Shown here piece after piece: positions 9,698-20,832 of a DNA stretch of 32,000 nt. The stretch covers positions 1,560,001 through 1,592,000 of the forward strand of contig NZ_CP179200.1 in assembly GCF_051201565.1 (NCBI RefSeq). The letters are read 5' to 3'. The position numbers were made by a program, and so were the translations under genes. Each line of letters opens with the position of its first letter. The first letter of the stretch is position 1. The notes below the pieces were generated by a model. It saw only the letters and a list, made by a program, of their open reading frames with translations. It made no database searches and was not told where the DNA came from. The stretch comes from Pseudothioglobus sp. nBUS_23. Its GTDB lineage: Bacteria > Pseudomonadota > Gammaproteobacteria > PS1 > Pseudothioglobaceae.

Positions 9698-11327
9698 ACA
9701 CCTTCTCCTTGAATGGCTCAATACCAATTCGCTTAAATACATCAGTGAATTTTTCTTCATTCTGACGCTGATCAATGTAAACATTTACAATACTTTCAAC
9801 TGCATCAACAATTGTTTCACTGCTGACTGATGGTCCTAATTTTTTTCCTATGTTGGTCTCATGAAGCGTCTCACCAGCAAGCGTTATTTGGTAATATTCC
9901 TCACCTTTTTTCTGCATACCCAGTAAACCAATATCAGCTATGTGATGGTGAGCACATGAATTCTCGCAACCAGAAATATTAATTTTTAAATCTCCGATAT
10001 CTAGGAGCTTATTCATATCGTTAAATCGCTCTTGAACTCTTGTTGCAATTGGAATGGAGACAGCTTTTGCGAGATCGCAATAATCTCTACCTGGGCAAGC
10101 AACAATTTGTGCCAGCGTCCCTTCATGTGGACTAGCTAGGTCATTTTCTTCTAATGATTTCCACAAATCAAAAACTTGGTCTTTTCTGACAAATGGAAAA
10201 ACCATTGTTTGTCTTTTGGTTGTTCTGATCTCACTTGAGCTATATTGATCAGCAAGTTTTGCAAGGATTCTCATCTGCTCTGATGTCGCGTCACCAGGAG
10301 CTGATCCTAGTTTTGTTAGAGAAATATTTACAATACTAAAACCAGGAGTTTTATGATTTCGAACGTTATTTTTCTTCCAAATACTGTAATTGAAATCAAC
10401 CTTATCTTTAAACCCATCAAGATTAATAGGCTTGATTGGTAATGCAAAGTCCTCTTGCAAACTCCCAAGCTCTTTAAGGTTCAATTTAAGATCCGGATCA
10501 TTCTTAGTTTGCTGCCAATCCTCATCAACTAATCGAGAAAACTCTTCAGCTCCTAGCTCACGAACTAAAAACTTAATGCGTAGTTTTTTTTGATGATCAC
10601 GTCGACCTTTCAAGTTATAAATTCTCATTGCAGATTCAAGATAACTAAGAATGTCCTCGATTGGAACAAACGAAGCTGTTTCTGGAGCAACCATTGCTGC
10701 AGCCCCTAATCCGCCTCCTACATAAACACTAAATCCTAACTCTCCTTTTTTATTTTTTACAAGCCTAAGACCAAGGTCATGGATTCTTAAAGCAGTTTCA
10801 TCAAGTTTTGCGCCATTGATTGCAATTTTGAATTTTCCAGGTAGCCATGAGAACTCCGGATGAAGATTAAACCAGCGTCTGATGAGTTCACAGTATGGCC
10901 TTGCATCCTCAATCTCACCTTCAGTGAGTCCAGATAAAGGATCAGCGGTGATATTTCGAGTTGCCTTGCCACTAGTTTGAATGGCGTGAAGCCCTGCCTC
11001 TGTTAAATCTCTTAACAAGTTTGCAATTTCAGGTAACTGAATCCAGTTAAATTGTATATTTTGTCTTGTTGTGAAGTGGCCAAACCCTCTGTCATATTTA
11101 TCTGCAACATCTGCAAGTGCTCTAAGCTGGTTAGAGCTCAAGATTCCATAGGGGATAGCAATTCGTAGCATGTGAGCGTGTAACTCCATGTAGAGTCCAT
11201 TTCTGAGCCTCAAACTTCTAAACTTGTCTTCATCCAATTCACCCGATAAATAACGATTTAATTGCTTTTCAAATTGATCAACTCTCTCTACTAAAAACTG
11301 CTTATCTTTTTCGCTATATTTGTACAT
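9690..11327 (-). CDS. cysI: Assimilatory sulfite reductase hemoprotein (nitrite/sulfite reductase family)
   Basis: 545 aa with the two-repeat NIR/SIR architecture. Siroheme/4Fe-4S ligands are CPGRDYC (C-x5-C) and GCENSC (C-x3-C). The DUF934 partner downstream favours sulfite over nitrite as substrate. Confidence 0.85.
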   Translation of the reverse strand: MYKYSEKDKQFLVERVDQFEKQLNRYLSGELDEDKFRSLRLRNGLYMELHAHMLRIAIPYGILSSNQLRALADVADKYDRGFGHFTTRQNIQFNWIQLPEIANLLRDLTEAGLHAIQTSGKATRNITADPLSGLTEGEIEDARPYCELIRRWFNLHPEFSWLPGKFKIAINGAKLDETALRIHDLGLRLVKNKKGELGFSVYVGGGLGAAAMVAPETASFVPIEDILSYLESAMRIYNLKGRRDHQKKLRIKFLVRELGAEEFSRLVDEDWQQTKNDPDLKLNLKELGSLQEDFALPIKPINLDGFKDKVDFNYSIWKKNNVRNHKTPGFSIVNISLTKLGSAPGDATSEQMRILAKLADQYSSSEIRTTKRQTMVFPFVRKDQVFDLWKSLEENDLASPHEGTLAQIVACPGRDYCDLAKAVSIPIATRVQERFNDMNKLLDIGDLKINISGCENSCAHHHIADIGLLGMQKKGEEYYQITLAGETLHETNIGKKLGPSVSSETIVDAVESIVNVYIDQRQNEEKFTDVFKRIGIEPFKEKVYG

Positions 11328-11470
11328 TTCAGAAACTATTTAAAATATGGTGGAAATTATAGTAAAATATTCTAAATAAATTATATTTAAGTAATAAAAA
11401 AGCAATTTTTTCTATTTTAATATCTATTAAAAGAAAAATATTATATTATTACCCTTTTTACTATAACATT

Positions 11471-11941
11471 ATGGATGCTATTGACATTAAACTACTAAAG
11501 CTGCTCCAAAATAATGCAGAGCTAACAATTCAGGAGTTATCTGCTGAAGTACACTTATCAACCACTCCTTGCTGGAAAAGAATCAATCAACTAAAGGATA
11601 ATGGCTACATCAGCAAAACGGTGGCTTTAGTTGACAGAAAAAGGGTTGGTTCAAATGTTACTGCAATGGTAGCGGTGACTGTAACCAATCATAATCAAGA
11701 AAGAATCAGTCTTTTTGCAGAAATCATTAAAGAGATTCCGGAAGTAATCGAATGCTATCGAATGAGCGGTGAGACGGATTACCTTCTTAAGGTTGTGGTC
11801 AAAGACATTGAGAGCTATGATAATTTTTATAAAAACTTGATTGAGAAAGTTCAATTTCTCAAAGTGACTTCAAATTTTGCCATTGAAGAAATTAAAAGCA
11901 CTACTGAAATCCCATTGACAGCCATGGAAAAAATTCCCTAA
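11471..11941 (+). CDS. Lrp/AsnC-family transcriptional regulator
   Basis: 156 aa. N-terminal wHTH (IDIKLLKLLQNNAELTIQELSAEVHLSTTPCWKRINQLKDNGYI) plus a C-terminal AsnC/RAM effector domain. Divergent from cysI. Confidence 0.85.
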   Translation: MDAIDIKLLKLLQNNAELTIQELSAEVHLSTTPCWKRINQLKDNGYISKTVALVDRKRVGSNVTAMVAVTVTNHNQERISLFAEIIKEIPEVIECYRMSGETDYLLKVVVKDIESYDNFYKNLIEKVQFLKVTSNFAIEEIKSTTEIPLTAMEKIP

Positions 11942-11949
11942 CTTTGAGT

Positions 11950-12684
11950 TCAAGTAAAAACTTTTGTTAACCCCGCTATACATATTAATACTAAAGCACC
12001 GCCCATCCATCTTTTAAATATAGTGTCATTTTCAATGACTCGATCGTGGACCTTTAAGCCGACAAAATGCCCAAGTGCAGCAACAGGAATCAGCATCAAA
12101 GAAAACTGCCAGTTGATATAAACATCAACTATTACAAAGGCACTCATCTTAATCATGACTAGGAGAAACCATAGGACGAAAAGGGTGTTTCTAAGTTTTT
12201 TGATATCAATGTTCTGCATGTAAACTGCTACTAGCAGTGGTGCGCCATTTAACGATGTTCCTGAAATATACCCCCCTAGAATGAGTAATAGGCGACTGGC
12301 CCAGCCTTCACTAGATGCAATTTTAAAATTCATAACCCAAGTTAGGGCGTAAAAGAAAGTAATCGAATATACAATGATGGTCATTACTGTTGGAGGTAAA
12401 CTAATCAGTCCAATCACTCCTACAACTTTAGCTGGCAATATCCAAGGAAGCGACTTTTTGAAGTATTTCCAGTCAACAGTATCTAATTTGTTGGCTAGGG
12501 CAATTCCAGAAAAAAAGAGTAAATGAATGCCGATGATGGGTAGCCAGTCTATTGGTGATCCTTTGACAAGCATTAGGAGTGGAAGTCCTAGGACTGCTCC
12601 ACCAAAACCAAGCCCTGTTCTTACAAACCCAATCCACACGAAAATGAGAGAAATAAATGCTATTTCAGTTGTTGTAAGTACCAT
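11950..12684 (-). CDS. TauE/SafE (DUF81) family sulfite/organosulfonate exporter-like membrane protein
   Basis: 244 aa with about 7-8 helices. Internal repeat carries the Gly-rich GLGFGGAVLGLPLL and ILGGYISGTSLNGAPLLVAV motifs typical of the family. Confidence 0.75.
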   Translation of the reverse strand: MVLTTTEIAFISLIFVWIGFVRTGLGFGGAVLGLPLLMLVKGSPIDWLPIIGIHLLFFSGIALANKLDTVDWKYFKKSLPWILPAKVVGVIGLISLPPTVMTIIVYSITFFYALTWVMNFKIASSEGWASRLLLILGGYISGTSLNGAPLLVAVYMQNIDIKKLRNTLFVLWFLLVMIKMSAFVIVDVYINWQFSLMLIPVAALGHFVGLKVHDRVIENDTIFKRWMGGALVLICIAGLTKVFT

Positions 12685-12732
12685 AATATCGAATGATGCC
12701 TTATGGCATAAAATATTGTAATTACTTTGTAA

Positions 12733-14067
12733 TTACATTGATTGAATGATCTTTGCTAATTCCTCTGCTGATTCCTTGGCAAGGCCATAATTAGAACTCT
12801 CTACCATAACTCTAACTAAAGGCTCAGTTCCTGACTCTCTGACTAAGACGCGTCCAGTCTTTGATAATTTTGACTCAACTGAATTGATTGCTTGAGATAA
12901 TTTTGACTCTTCCTGAAGATTGACCTTTGTATCTGTTTTAACATTGATGAGTACTTGAGGGTATTTCGTCATTTTGCTTTTAAGCTCTAATAGGGTCTTC
13001 CCAGTCTTAGACATAACCTCTAGAACCTGTAATGCAGCAATAATGCCATCACCGGAGGTTGATTTGTTTAGACAAATAATGTGGCCTGAGCCCTCACCGC
13101 CAAGAACTGCTTTATGCTCAATCAATTGATCCATAACATGTCGATCACCAACATCTGCCTCAATAAAGCTAACGCCGATTTCAGCAAAAGCTAACTGGAT
13201 ACCTAAATTAGTCATTTTAGTACCAACGACTTTATTTGATTTTAAATCACCACCCGCTTTCCACGCATTAGCAATAATAAAGACTAGTTCATCGCCATCG
13301 ACTTTTTGGCCTTTATGGTCCACCATAATGAGTCTATCTCCATCACCGTCAAAGGCTATACCAAGATCGGCATTATTTTCTAACACCTCTTTTTGAAGAT
13401 GTTTGGTATCTGTTGCCCCACAATCACGATTAATGTTGTAACCATCTGGAGTATTATTAATCATTGATACTGATGCACCTAGCTCACTAAAGACATCCTC
13501 AGCAATGTGGTATGTTGCTCCGTTAGCGCAGTCAATAATAATTTTTAAGTTTGATAAATCACAGGACTTATCAAATGTGGACTTACAAAATTCAATATAC
13601 CTACCTAAAGCTTGTTCATAGCGCCTTGCCTTACCAATTGATGCAGAACCTACACTGGACATTGGCATTGAAATCTTTTTTTCAATTGCTTTTTGAGTTT
13701 CATCATTGAGTTTCACACCCTTACTTGAAAAAAACTTAACGCCATTATCTTGATATGGGTTATGTGATGCACTAATAACAACTCCGGCGGAAGCACTAAA
13801 TGCCTGAGTTAGATAGGCAATAGCTGGAGATGGCATAGGTCCAAGCATGCCTACATTGACACCAGCCGATAAAAAACCAGCCTCAAGAGCTGACTCAAAA
13901 AGATAACCCGAAACTCGCGTATCCTTTCCAATAATGACGCTCGGATTTTCATTTTGTTCTTTCAAAACTGAGCCAACTGCCCACCCAACCTTTAGTAAGA
14001 TATCGGCCGTGATTGGAGACTTACCCACTTCACCACGAATGCCATCAGTTCCAAAAAAATTACTCAA
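12733..14067 (-). CDS. glmM: Phosphoglucosamine mutase
   Basis: 444 aa. FGTDGIRG, phosphoserine loop [11 protein letters not shown], and DGDGDR metal loop. Confidence 0.95.
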   Translation of the reverse strand: MSNFFGTDGIRGEVGKSPITADILLKVGWAVGSVLKEQNENPSVIIGKDTRVSGYLFESALEAGFLSAGVNVGMLGPMPSPAIAYLTQAFSASAGVVISASHNPYQDNGVKFFSSKGVKLNDETQKAIEKKISMPMSSVGSASIGKARRYEQALGRYIEFCKSTFDKSCDLSNLKIIIDCANGATYHIAEDVFSELGASVSMINNTPDGYNINRDCGATDTKHLQKEVLENNADLGIAFDGDGDRLIMVDHKGQKVDGDELVFIIANAWKAGGDLKSNKVVGTKMTNLGIQLAFAEIGVSFIEADVGDRHVMDQLIEHKAVLGGEGSGHIICLNKSTSGDGIIAALQVLEVMSKTGKTLLELKSKMTKYPQVLINVKTDTKVNLQEESKLSQAINSVESKLSKTGRVLVRESGTEPLVRVMVESSNYGLAKESAEELAKIIQSM

Positions 14068-14069
14068 AA

Positions 14070-14879
14070 CTACCCCCTAAAATATTTAATTTGTTGCCAT
14101 ACCTTTAAAGCGTCATTTGTTTCTGCAACATCATGCACTCGTATTATGTTTGCTCCATTCTCAACAGCAATCAATGCCGCTGTTACGCTTCCAATCATCC
14201 TCGAGTCAACGTCTTTATCACCAAGCAAGGTCCCTATCATTGATTTTCTTGATAGTCCAGCTAGAATAGAAACACCGAACTCATGAAACTCTGAGAGATT
14301 CTTGAGCAGAGCTATATTATGTCCTAAATTCTTTCCAAAACCAAATCCAGGATCCAGCGTGATAGAGCTGAGCTCTATTCCTGCCCTTTCACAAGCATTG
14401 ATTCTTTCTTTAAAGAAACTCTTAATATCTCCAACGACATCAGCATAACTTGGGTTACTTTGCATTGTTCTTGGGTTGCCCTGCATATGCATCAGACAAA
14501 CATCAACTTTAAGCTTAGCTGCCATTTCCAAAGCGCCCTCTGCCCTAAGCGCATTGACGTCATTAATAATATTAGCACCTGATGAAATAGCTTGCTCCAT
14601 CACCTCTGGCTTGGAAGTATCTATTGATATAGGGACATTAATTTCCTTTGTGAGCGCTTCAATGACTGGGATAACCCTTTCAAGCTCATCATTTAGACTG
14701 ACAGCTGATGCTCCAGGTCGGGTAGATTCACCACCAATGTCAATTATTCCAGCACCATTTTCGACCATCGATTTAGCTTGGTCTATCGCTAAGTCTGAAT
14801 CAAAAAATTTACCGCCATCAGAAAAAGAATCGGGTGTTACATTGAGAACACCCATAATGATTGGCTCACTGTGATTCAT
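14070..14879 (-). CDS. folP: Dihydropteroate synthase
   Basis: 269 aa. [24 protein letters not shown], and pterin-binding barrel motifs. Classic position between ftsH and glmM. Confidence 0.95.
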   Translation of the reverse strand: MNHSEPIIMGVLNVTPDSFSDGGKFFDSDLAIDQAKSMVENGAGIIDIGGESTRPGASAVSLNDELERVIPVIEALTKEINVPISIDTSKPEVMEQAISSGANIINDVNALRAEGALEMAAKLKVDVCLMHMQGNPRTMQSNPSYADVVGDIKSFFKERINACERAGIELSSITLDPGFGFGKNLGHNIALLKNLSEFHEFGVSILAGLSRKSMIGTLLGDKDVDSRMIGSVTAALIAVENGANIIRVHDVAETNDALKVWQQIKYFRG

Positions 14880-14891
14880 TATTAAAGCAAT

Positions 14892-16817
14892 TTATGCAAA
14901 CTGCTCTGTACCACCATCAGCATCAGTTTTTGTATCAGATGCAGATTTAGAGCTCTTTGATTCTTTACCTCCTGTACCCAGTTCAGATGAGACCTCATCA
15001 GAGTCTATAACTTCTGCAGCCTCCCTCATAGGAACTCTAGCCATTAGGTCATCGATCTGATTAGTGTCTATTGTTTCAAACTCAACTAATGCAGCAGCCA
15101 TTGCATCAAGAATATCTCGATTATCTTCAATAATTTTGTAGGCTGCAGAATAGTTCGTGTCGATAATTTTTCTAATTTCACTATCTACTTTGGTAAATGT
15201 TTCATCTGAAATATGCTTATGTTTTGTGACTTGACGGCCAAGGAAAACCTCACCCTCATCCTCGCCATACGCCATTGGACCCATAACGCTCGACATGCCC
15301 CAGAGTTTGACCATTTTGTGTGCTATTTCTGTAGCACGCTCAATGTCGTTGCTTGCACCAGTTGTCACCGCATCCTCTCCATAAACCAATTCCTCTGCAA
15401 TTCGACCGCCAAATAGTGATGCGACCTGCGAATTCAGCTTACGTTTTGAAATGCTATAGCTATCCTTTTCAGGAAGAAACATTGTTACGCCAAGAGCCCT
15501 TCCCCTTGGAATAATACTAACTTTGTATACCGGGTCATGCTCAGGCATCAAACGCCCAACAATAGCGTGACCCGCCTCATGATATGCTGTCATTTCTTTC
15601 TCAGCTGCATCCATCACCATTCCCTTGCGCTCTGCACCCATCATGATTTTATCTTTCGCTTTCTCAAGCTCTCTCATGCCTACAAGTTTTTTGCTGAATC
15701 TAGCAGCAATTAGCGCTGCCTCGTTTGTCAAATTCGCAAGGTCTGCGCCAGAGAATCCTGGCGTTCCTCTTGCAATATCCATTGACTTAACATTTTTTGC
15801 AATGGGAAGTTTTCTCATGTGAACTTTTAATATTGCGTCACGCCCATTAATATCAGGAAGTCCAACAGTCACTGTCCTGTCAAATCTTCCTGGTCTTAGC
15901 AGAGCTGGATCGAGAACATCTGGACGGTTAGTAGCAGCTACAACAATAATTCCTTCTGACCCTTCAAAGCCATCCATTTCAACAAGCATCTGATTGAGTG
16001 TTTGTTCACGCTCATCGTGACCACCGCCCATTCCAGCTCCACGCTGGCGTCCAACAGCATCAATCTCATCTATAAATATAATACAAGGTGCGTTCTTCTT
16101 AGCTTGATCAAACATGTCTCTGACACGTGAAGCGCCCACACCGACAAACATCTCTACAAAATCTGAACCAGAAATGAAAAAGAATGGAACATCTGCCTCA
16201 CCAGCAACTGCTTTAGCAAGTAGAGTTTTACCTGTTCCTGGAGGACCCACCATCAATACCCCTTTAGGAATCTTTCCACCAACCTTAGTGAATTTACTTG
16301 GATCAGATAGAAAGTCTACTAGCTCGCCAACCTCTTCTTTTGCCTCTTCAACGCCAGCAACATCTTCAAAGGTGACGTGAGATTCATCTTTCGTAATTAA
16401 GCGCGCTTTAGATTTACCAAATGACATTGGGTTTTTACCGCCCATTGCTCCACCAGCGCCGCGCATCGTATACATAATGACTCCAATTAGGAGCAGAATT
16501 GGCGCTAATGAAATAATTAGTTGTTTTACAAAGCTCTCTTTGGCTGGAGGCGTAGCTTGGACTGAAACACCATTATTCAAGAGGTCTCCCATTAAGCCAA
16601 GATCACCTGGGCTATATGTCTCAAACTTTTCACCCAGTGCAGTAACACCGCTGATGTTACTCCCAGCTATTGTTACACTTGAAACATTACCTTGTTTAAC
16701 ATTTTGAATGAATTGCGAGTAGCTAATATCATTGGATTCACTTGTTACATTGAACTGCCCAAAAAGTGAGGCAAGCACACTTCCCAAGACCAACCATAGT
16801 AAAATATTCTTATACAT
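14892..16817 (-). CDS. ftsH: ATP-dependent zinc metalloprotease FtsH
   Basis: 641 aa. Two N-terminal TM helices, Walker A GPPGTGKT, Walker [13 protein letters not shown] region, and zinc site HEAGHA. Confidence 0.98.
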   Translation of the reverse strand: MYKNILLWLVLGSVLASLFGQFNVTSESNDISYSQFIQNVKQGNVSSVTIAGSNISGVTALGEKFETYSPGDLGLMGDLLNNGVSVQATPPAKESFVKQLIISLAPILLLIGVIMYTMRGAGGAMGGKNPMSFGKSKARLITKDESHVTFEDVAGVEEAKEEVGELVDFLSDPSKFTKVGGKIPKGVLMVGPPGTGKTLLAKAVAGEADVPFFFISGSDFVEMFVGVGASRVRDMFDQAKKNAPCIIFIDEIDAVGRQRGAGMGGGHDEREQTLNQMLVEMDGFEGSEGIIVVAATNRPDVLDPALLRPGRFDRTVTVGLPDINGRDAILKVHMRKLPIAKNVKSMDIARGTPGFSGADLANLTNEAALIAARFSKKLVGMRELEKAKDKIMMGAERKGMVMDAAEKEMTAYHEAGHAIVGRLMPEHDPVYKVSIIPRGRALGVTMFLPEKDSYSISKRKLNSQVASLFGGRIAEELVYGEDAVTTGASNDIERATEIAHKMVKLWGMSSVMGPMAYGEDEGEVFLGRQVTKHKHISDETFTKVDSEIRKIIDTNYSAAYKIIEDNRDILDAMAAALVEFETIDTNQIDDLMARVPMREAAEVIDSDEVSSELGTGGKESKSSKSASDTKTDADGGTEQFA

Positions 16818-16871
16818 AAATTTAAATTTAACCTAAATTAGAAAGGTAAATATACCCTATAGATTTCATAT

Positions 16872-16899
16872 ATATAGGGTTTGATGGCATTTTTCAAGG
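16872..16899 (-). promoter_or_regulatory. Sigma-32 (heat-shock)-like promoter upstream of ftsH
   Basis: The minus strand reads CCTTGAAA-aatgccatcaaa-CCCTATAT, i.e. CTTGAA, a 13-nt spacer, then CCCTATAT. The remembered sigma-32 consensus is CTTGAA-N13-17-CCCCATNT. The predicted start site is about 45-50 nt upstream of the ftsH ATG. Confidence 0.45.
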
Positions 16900-16986
16900 T
16901 TAAATCACTATTTTTTTTAACTATGACATAATGAGATACATAAATAAAAATTCTTATACACGATACTTTCATAAATTTTTAGATGC

Positions 16987-18009
16987 ATGAATATTAAGCC
17001 TGAACAACTTCAAAATTCTCTTTCTAAGCAAATAGCATCTATTTATTTTGCTTTTGGTGCTGAAATACTTTTGGTGGAGCAGTCTTTGTCAATGATTAAA
17101 GAAGTTGCTAGGCAAGATGGGTTTAATGAGAGATTTAGGTTTGATATTGATGGAAATTTCTCTTGGGACAATATCATTAGTTTGATTTCTAGTCCATCAC
17201 TCTTTGCAGAAAAAAGAATACTAGAATGTCGACTAACCTCTGGAAAGATTGGTGTCAAAGGCTCAAAAGCGCTTACTGAAATAGTGGAAACCCTTCCAGA
17301 AGATATTTTGCTCATTATTTCTTCAGGGAAATTGGAGATGGCGCAACAAAAAAGCAAGTGGTTTAAAGCGCTAGATAAAAATGGAGTTATCATTCAGCAT
17401 TGGGAGGTTCAAAGTAGTCAATTGGTTGGATGGATTACCAGGAATATGACTCAACTTGGTCTTGAATCAAACACTGAAGTTGCTAATGCAATAGCCTACT
17501 GTACCGAAGGTAACCTTTTGGCAACAATGCAAGAAATTCAGAAACTAAAAATTGCCTATCCTGATGGTAAGATCAATCTTCAGCAATACCTTAATCAGAT
17601 CGATCAGCAATCACAATATACTGTCTTTGGAATGATTGATTCAGCGCTTCAAGGTGACACTGACAAAGTAAACAAAATTTTTAGATCTCTTAAAGATGAC
17701 TCTACGCCTCCAGTTATCTTAATATCTTCACTTTATAGAGAATTAAAAAATTTAGTGACGATGTCTGTTGAGCTCAAAACTAATCAAACTATTGAGTCGA
17801 TTCTTAATAATCATCGAGTATGGCAAAAACGTAAACCACTCATCTCCAATGCGCTTAAAAAACATAGCTACCAAAAGCTTCAAAAGCTCCTTTTAAAGCT
17901 GGGTCGTATTGACCGCTCTCTTAAAGGTATGGATAATCTTGATGTTTATGATGAGCTGCAAAACGTAGTGATCTCTTTATCTGGAAAAAGCAATGGACTC
18001 AATAGCTGA
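16987..18009 (+). CDS. holA: DNA polymerase III delta subunit
   Basis: 340 aa. Colinear with E. coli HolA as recalled ([25 protein letters not shown] vs CYEGNLLALAQALERLSLLWPDGKL; NHRVWQKRK vs KHRVWQNRR). Confidence 0.9.
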   Translation: MNIKPEQLQNSLSKQIASIYFAFGAEILLVEQSLSMIKEVARQDGFNERFRFDIDGNFSWDNIISLISSPSLFAEKRILECRLTSGKIGVKGSKALTEIVETLPEDILLIISSGKLEMAQQKSKWFKALDKNGVIIQHWEVQSSQLVGWITRNMTQLGLESNTEVANAIAYCTEGNLLATMQEIQKLKIAYPDGKINLQQYLNQIDQQSQYTVFGMIDSALQGDTDKVNKIFRSLKDDSTPPVILISSLYRELKNLVTMSVELKTNQTIESILNNHRVWQKRKPLISNALKKHSYQKLQKLLLKLGRIDRSLKGMDNLDVYDELQNVVISLSGKSNGLNS

Positions 18010-19252
18010 ATTAATCAAGCAAATAGGTGAAAAGGCTAGGTCTGCCAGTAATTCATTAAGAATTGCAAGTACTACTCAAAAAAATAATGCATTAATTTGC
18101 ATCGCAAACCAAATTCAAGAGAGCAAACAATTTATTCTAGATGCAAACCAGATAGACTTAAACGCTGCTAAGAAAAATGGCATTGATGATGCATTGTTAG
18201 ATCGCTTAATGCTTAACGATGAAAGACTCAACAACGTGATTCAAGGGCTTCATCAAATTGCAACTTTGAATGACCCAATAGGTCAAATGTCTGACTTCAA
18301 GGAGAGGCCAAGTGGAATCAAAATTGGAAAAATGATGGTTCCTTTGGGAGTGATAGGGATGATATATGAGTCTCGTCCAAACGTGACAGTCGATGCTGCT
18401 GGGCTGTGCATTAAATCTGGGAATGCCATCATTCTTAGGGGTGGATCAGAGGCGATTAACTCCAATATAGCTTTTTACTCTTGCATTGAGAAAGGTCTTG
18501 AGGACGCTGGGCTTGATTCAAACTCTGTTCAGCTCATCAAGGTAACAGACCGTGAAGCTGTCACACATCTCGTTAGTGCTAGTGATCATGTTGATGCAAT
18601 CATTCCAAGAGGCGGTAAAGGCCTCATCAAAAATATTAGTAAAAATGCCAGGGTACCGGTTATCAAACATCTTGATGGGGTATGTCACACTTATTTAGAT
18701 AAAGATGCAGACCCTCAAAAAGGAGTTGATATTGCCTTCAATGGTAAAACGCGTCGATATGGGGTTTGTAATGCGACAGAAACACTTCTAGTTCACAAAG
18801 ATTTTGATTCAAAAGCACTCTCTAAGCTTATTCAGCTCTTGACTGAAAAACAGGTTGAAATAAGAGGCTGTGATAAGTCACAAATGCTTTCGAATGTTAT
18901 CAAAAAAGCATCTGAGGCCGACTGGAGTGAAGAATATCTAGCACCGATTCTTTCAATGAAAATCGTCCAATCAGTCGATGAAGCGATATCCCATATTAAC
19001 ACCTATGGGTCAGCCCATACCGATGCAATTGTGACTGAGAATGAGGAGAATTCTAATAAATTCTTATCTGAAGTTGACTCATCTTCTGTTATGGTGAATG
19101 CTTCGACAGGTTTTGCGGATGGATTTGAGTACGGGTTTGGCGCTGAGATTGGAATTAGTACTGGAAAATTTCATGTTAGAGGTCCTGTAGGACTTGAGGG
19201 GTTAACATCACAAAAATACATCGTCATGGGTGACGGACAAATTAGGCCATAG
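17993..19252 (+). CDS. proA: Gamma-glutamyl phosphate reductase
   Basis: 419 aa aldehyde-dehydrogenase fold. [28 protein letters not shown], catalytic Cys context [12 protein letters not shown]. The start overlaps the holA stop by 17 nt. Confidence 0.95.
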   Translation: MDSIAELIKQIGEKARSASNSLRIASTTQKNNALICIANQIQESKQFILDANQIDLNAAKKNGIDDALLDRLMLNDERLNNVIQGLHQIATLNDPIGQMSDFKERPSGIKIGKMMVPLGVIGMIYESRPNVTVDAAGLCIKSGNAIILRGGSEAINSNIAFYSCIEKGLEDAGLDSNSVQLIKVTDREAVTHLVSASDHVDAIIPRGGKGLIKNISKNARVPVIKHLDGVCHTYLDKDADPQKGVDIAFNGKTRRYGVCNATETLLVHKDFDSKALSKLIQLLTEKQVEIRGCDKSQMLSNVIKKASEADWSEEYLAPILSMKIVQSVDEAISHINTYGSAHTDAIVTENEENSNKFLSEVDSSSVMVNASTGFADGFEYGFGAEIGISTGKFHVRGPVGLEGLTSQKYIVMGDGQIRP

Positions 19253-19264
19253 GGAATATTTATA

Positions 19265-20449
19265 ATGACAATTAATGAACAATTAGCAATCATTCAGAGA
19301 GGTACTGATGAGATACTGCCCCTTGATGAACTAAAGACTAAACTTCAAAAAAATAAACCCTTAAGAATCAAATTAGGCATGGACCCTACTGCTCCAGACT
19401 TGCATCTTGGTCATACTGTTGTCATTAACAAAATGAAGCAACTTCAAGATCTTGGCCACAAAATAATTTTCCTAATAGGTGACTTTACAGGCATGATTGG
19501 AGATCCCACAGGAAAAAATGTAACTCGTAAGCCTTTGACAAAAAAGGATGTTCTAGAGAATGCCAAGACTTATCAAGATCAAATCTTTAAAATCCTAGAT
19601 AAAGAAAAAACTACGATTGCTTTTAACTCTGCATGGATGGGCAAGATGAGCTCAACAGAAATGATTTCTCTTGCATCTAAGCACACTGTAGCAAGAATGC
19701 TAGAGCGTGATGACTTTTCAAAACGCTATAAAGGTGGTCAAGCAATCTCAATACATGAATTTTTATATCCATTAGTTCAGGGCTATGATTCTGTAGCGCT
19801 TAGAGCTGACATGGAACTAGGTGGCTCAGATCAAAAATTCAATCTATTAGTTGGAAGGGAGCTCCAAAAACAAGCCGATATGGAGCCTCAAGTCATTCTG
19901 ACCATGCCAATATTAGAGGGCTTGGATGGTGTTCAAAAAATGAGCAAGTCTTTAGATAACTATATCGGAATTGATGAAGAACCAGACAGCATGTTCGGTA
20001 AGATTATGTCGATTTCAGATGAACTGATGTGGCGATACCTTGAATTATTAAGTTTTGAGTCACTTAAAACTATCGAATCTTGGAAAAAAGAAGTAGAGAA
20101 TGGTGAAAATCCAAGAAACATAAAGTTTCGTTTAGCTGAAGAAATCATAACTCGCTTTCATAATAATCCCGCTGCAAAAAAAGCTCAACAAAACTTTATT
20201 GATCGATTTGCAAAAAATCAAATTCCTGAGGAAATGGATGAATACACATTTCCGAAAGGTCTTAAAATTGCAAACCTTCTCAAAGACTCTAATCTTGTTA
20301 ACTCAACATCAGAGGCTTTTCGAATGATTAAGCAAGGTGCTGTGAAAATGGATGGAGAAAAGATCAATGATAAAGATCTGACTCCAAGCGAAGGTACCTC
20401 TGTCTATCAAGTTGGCAAAAGAAAGTTTGCTAGAGTCACAATTAGCTAA
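19265..20449 (+). CDS. tyrS: Tyrosyl-tRNA synthetase
   Basis: 394 aa. HIGH-type motif DLHLGH, KMSKS present verbatim, and a C-terminal S4-like domain ([17 protein letters not shown]). Confidence 0.95.
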   Translation: MTINEQLAIIQRGTDEILPLDELKTKLQKNKPLRIKLGMDPTAPDLHLGHTVVINKMKQLQDLGHKIIFLIGDFTGMIGDPTGKNVTRKPLTKKDVLENAKTYQDQIFKILDKEKTTIAFNSAWMGKMSSTEMISLASKHTVARMLERDDFSKRYKGGQAISIHEFLYPLVQGYDSVALRADMELGGSDQKFNLLVGRELQKQADMEPQVILTMPILEGLDGVQKMSKSLDNYIGIDEEPDSMFGKIMSISDELMWRYLELLSFESLKTIESWKKEVENGENPRNIKFRLAEEIITRFHNNPAAKKAQQNFIDRFAKNQIPEEMDEYTFPKGLKIANLLKDSNLVNSTSEAFRMIKQGAVKMDGEKINDKDLTPSEGTSVYQVGKRKFARVTIS

Positions 20450-20466
20450 ATTTAATTAATCAAGCG

Positions 20467-20472
20467 TATAAT
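20467..20472 (+). promoter_or_regulatory. Candidate -10 box (TATAAT) for ssrA
   Basis: A perfect TATAAT ends 10 nt before the mature tmRNA 5' GGGG. No convincing -35 element. Confidence 0.35.
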
Positions 20473-20482
20473 ATAATCATCT

Positions 20483-20832
20483 GGGGATGACATGGCTTCG
20501 ACGAGGAGTTGGATTTCAAGGATGCATGTCGAGGATAAAGATTGCTCGTAAAAACGTTCTTTAAATAATAGTTGCAAACGAAGACAACTACGCTTTAGCA
20601 GCATAATGCTAACCGTTACTTAGGAGTTGTCTGTACTTTTAGGATAACGGTCGCTAACAGACTCGCCACTATTATTATTTTAGGGTAATAGGGTTAAAAC
20701 CTAATCTAAAATCGCTTTTTACATCCCTGTGGGTCGGGTGGTAAAAAGTTAACTCAATAGACCTTTACTAAGCATGTAGACTTCTTGACTGAAAGTTTTC
20801 GGACGGGGGTTCAATTCCCCCCATCTCCACCA
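20483..20832 (+). ncRNA. ssrA: tmRNA (SsrA), one-piece
   Basis: 5' end GGGGATGACATGGCTTCGACG and 3' end GGACGGGGGTTCAATTCCCCCCATCTCCACCA form the tRNA-Ala-like domain. The internal tag frame GCAAACGAAGACAACTACGCTTTAGCAGCATAA (20574-20606) encodes ANEDNYALAA plus stop. Overall order parallels E. coli SsrA. Confidence 0.95.

Noticed and set aside
9698-9784. N-terminal 29-aa extension of the DUF934 ORF as given in the track
   Set aside because: It would overlap cysI by 95 nt, and the extension (MFTLISVRMKKNSLMYLSELVLSHSRRRC) looks non-native. The internal ATG at 9697 gives a classic ATGGATGA coupling overlap.
11328-11470. The cysI-lrp divergent spacer, examined for Lrp or CysB operators and promoters
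   Set aside because: The region is almost pure A/T with many overlapping near-matches to -10 boxes and short AT repeats. I could not single out any site above what this composition would give by chance.
14476-14874. 132-aa ORF on the plus strand inside folP
   Set aside because: It is entirely antisense to a high-confidence folP gene. The composition is Ser/Ile/Ala-rich with no motifs, which is typical of a shadow ORF of a conserved gene.
17043-17393. 116-aa ORF antisense to holA. The same class covers 508-702, 1585-1767, 2229-2456, 3719-3901, 4116-4358, 4566-4763, 5798-6277, 7075-7900, 9089-9274, 10390-10972, 11651-11854, 12527-12721, 15213-16707, 18283-18465, 19960-20148, 24817-25020, 26626-26856 and 28494-28700.
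   Set aside because: All lie inside, and antisense or out of frame to, genes with strong family signatures. None has a recognisable motif or ribosome-binding site. They are treated as frame shadows.
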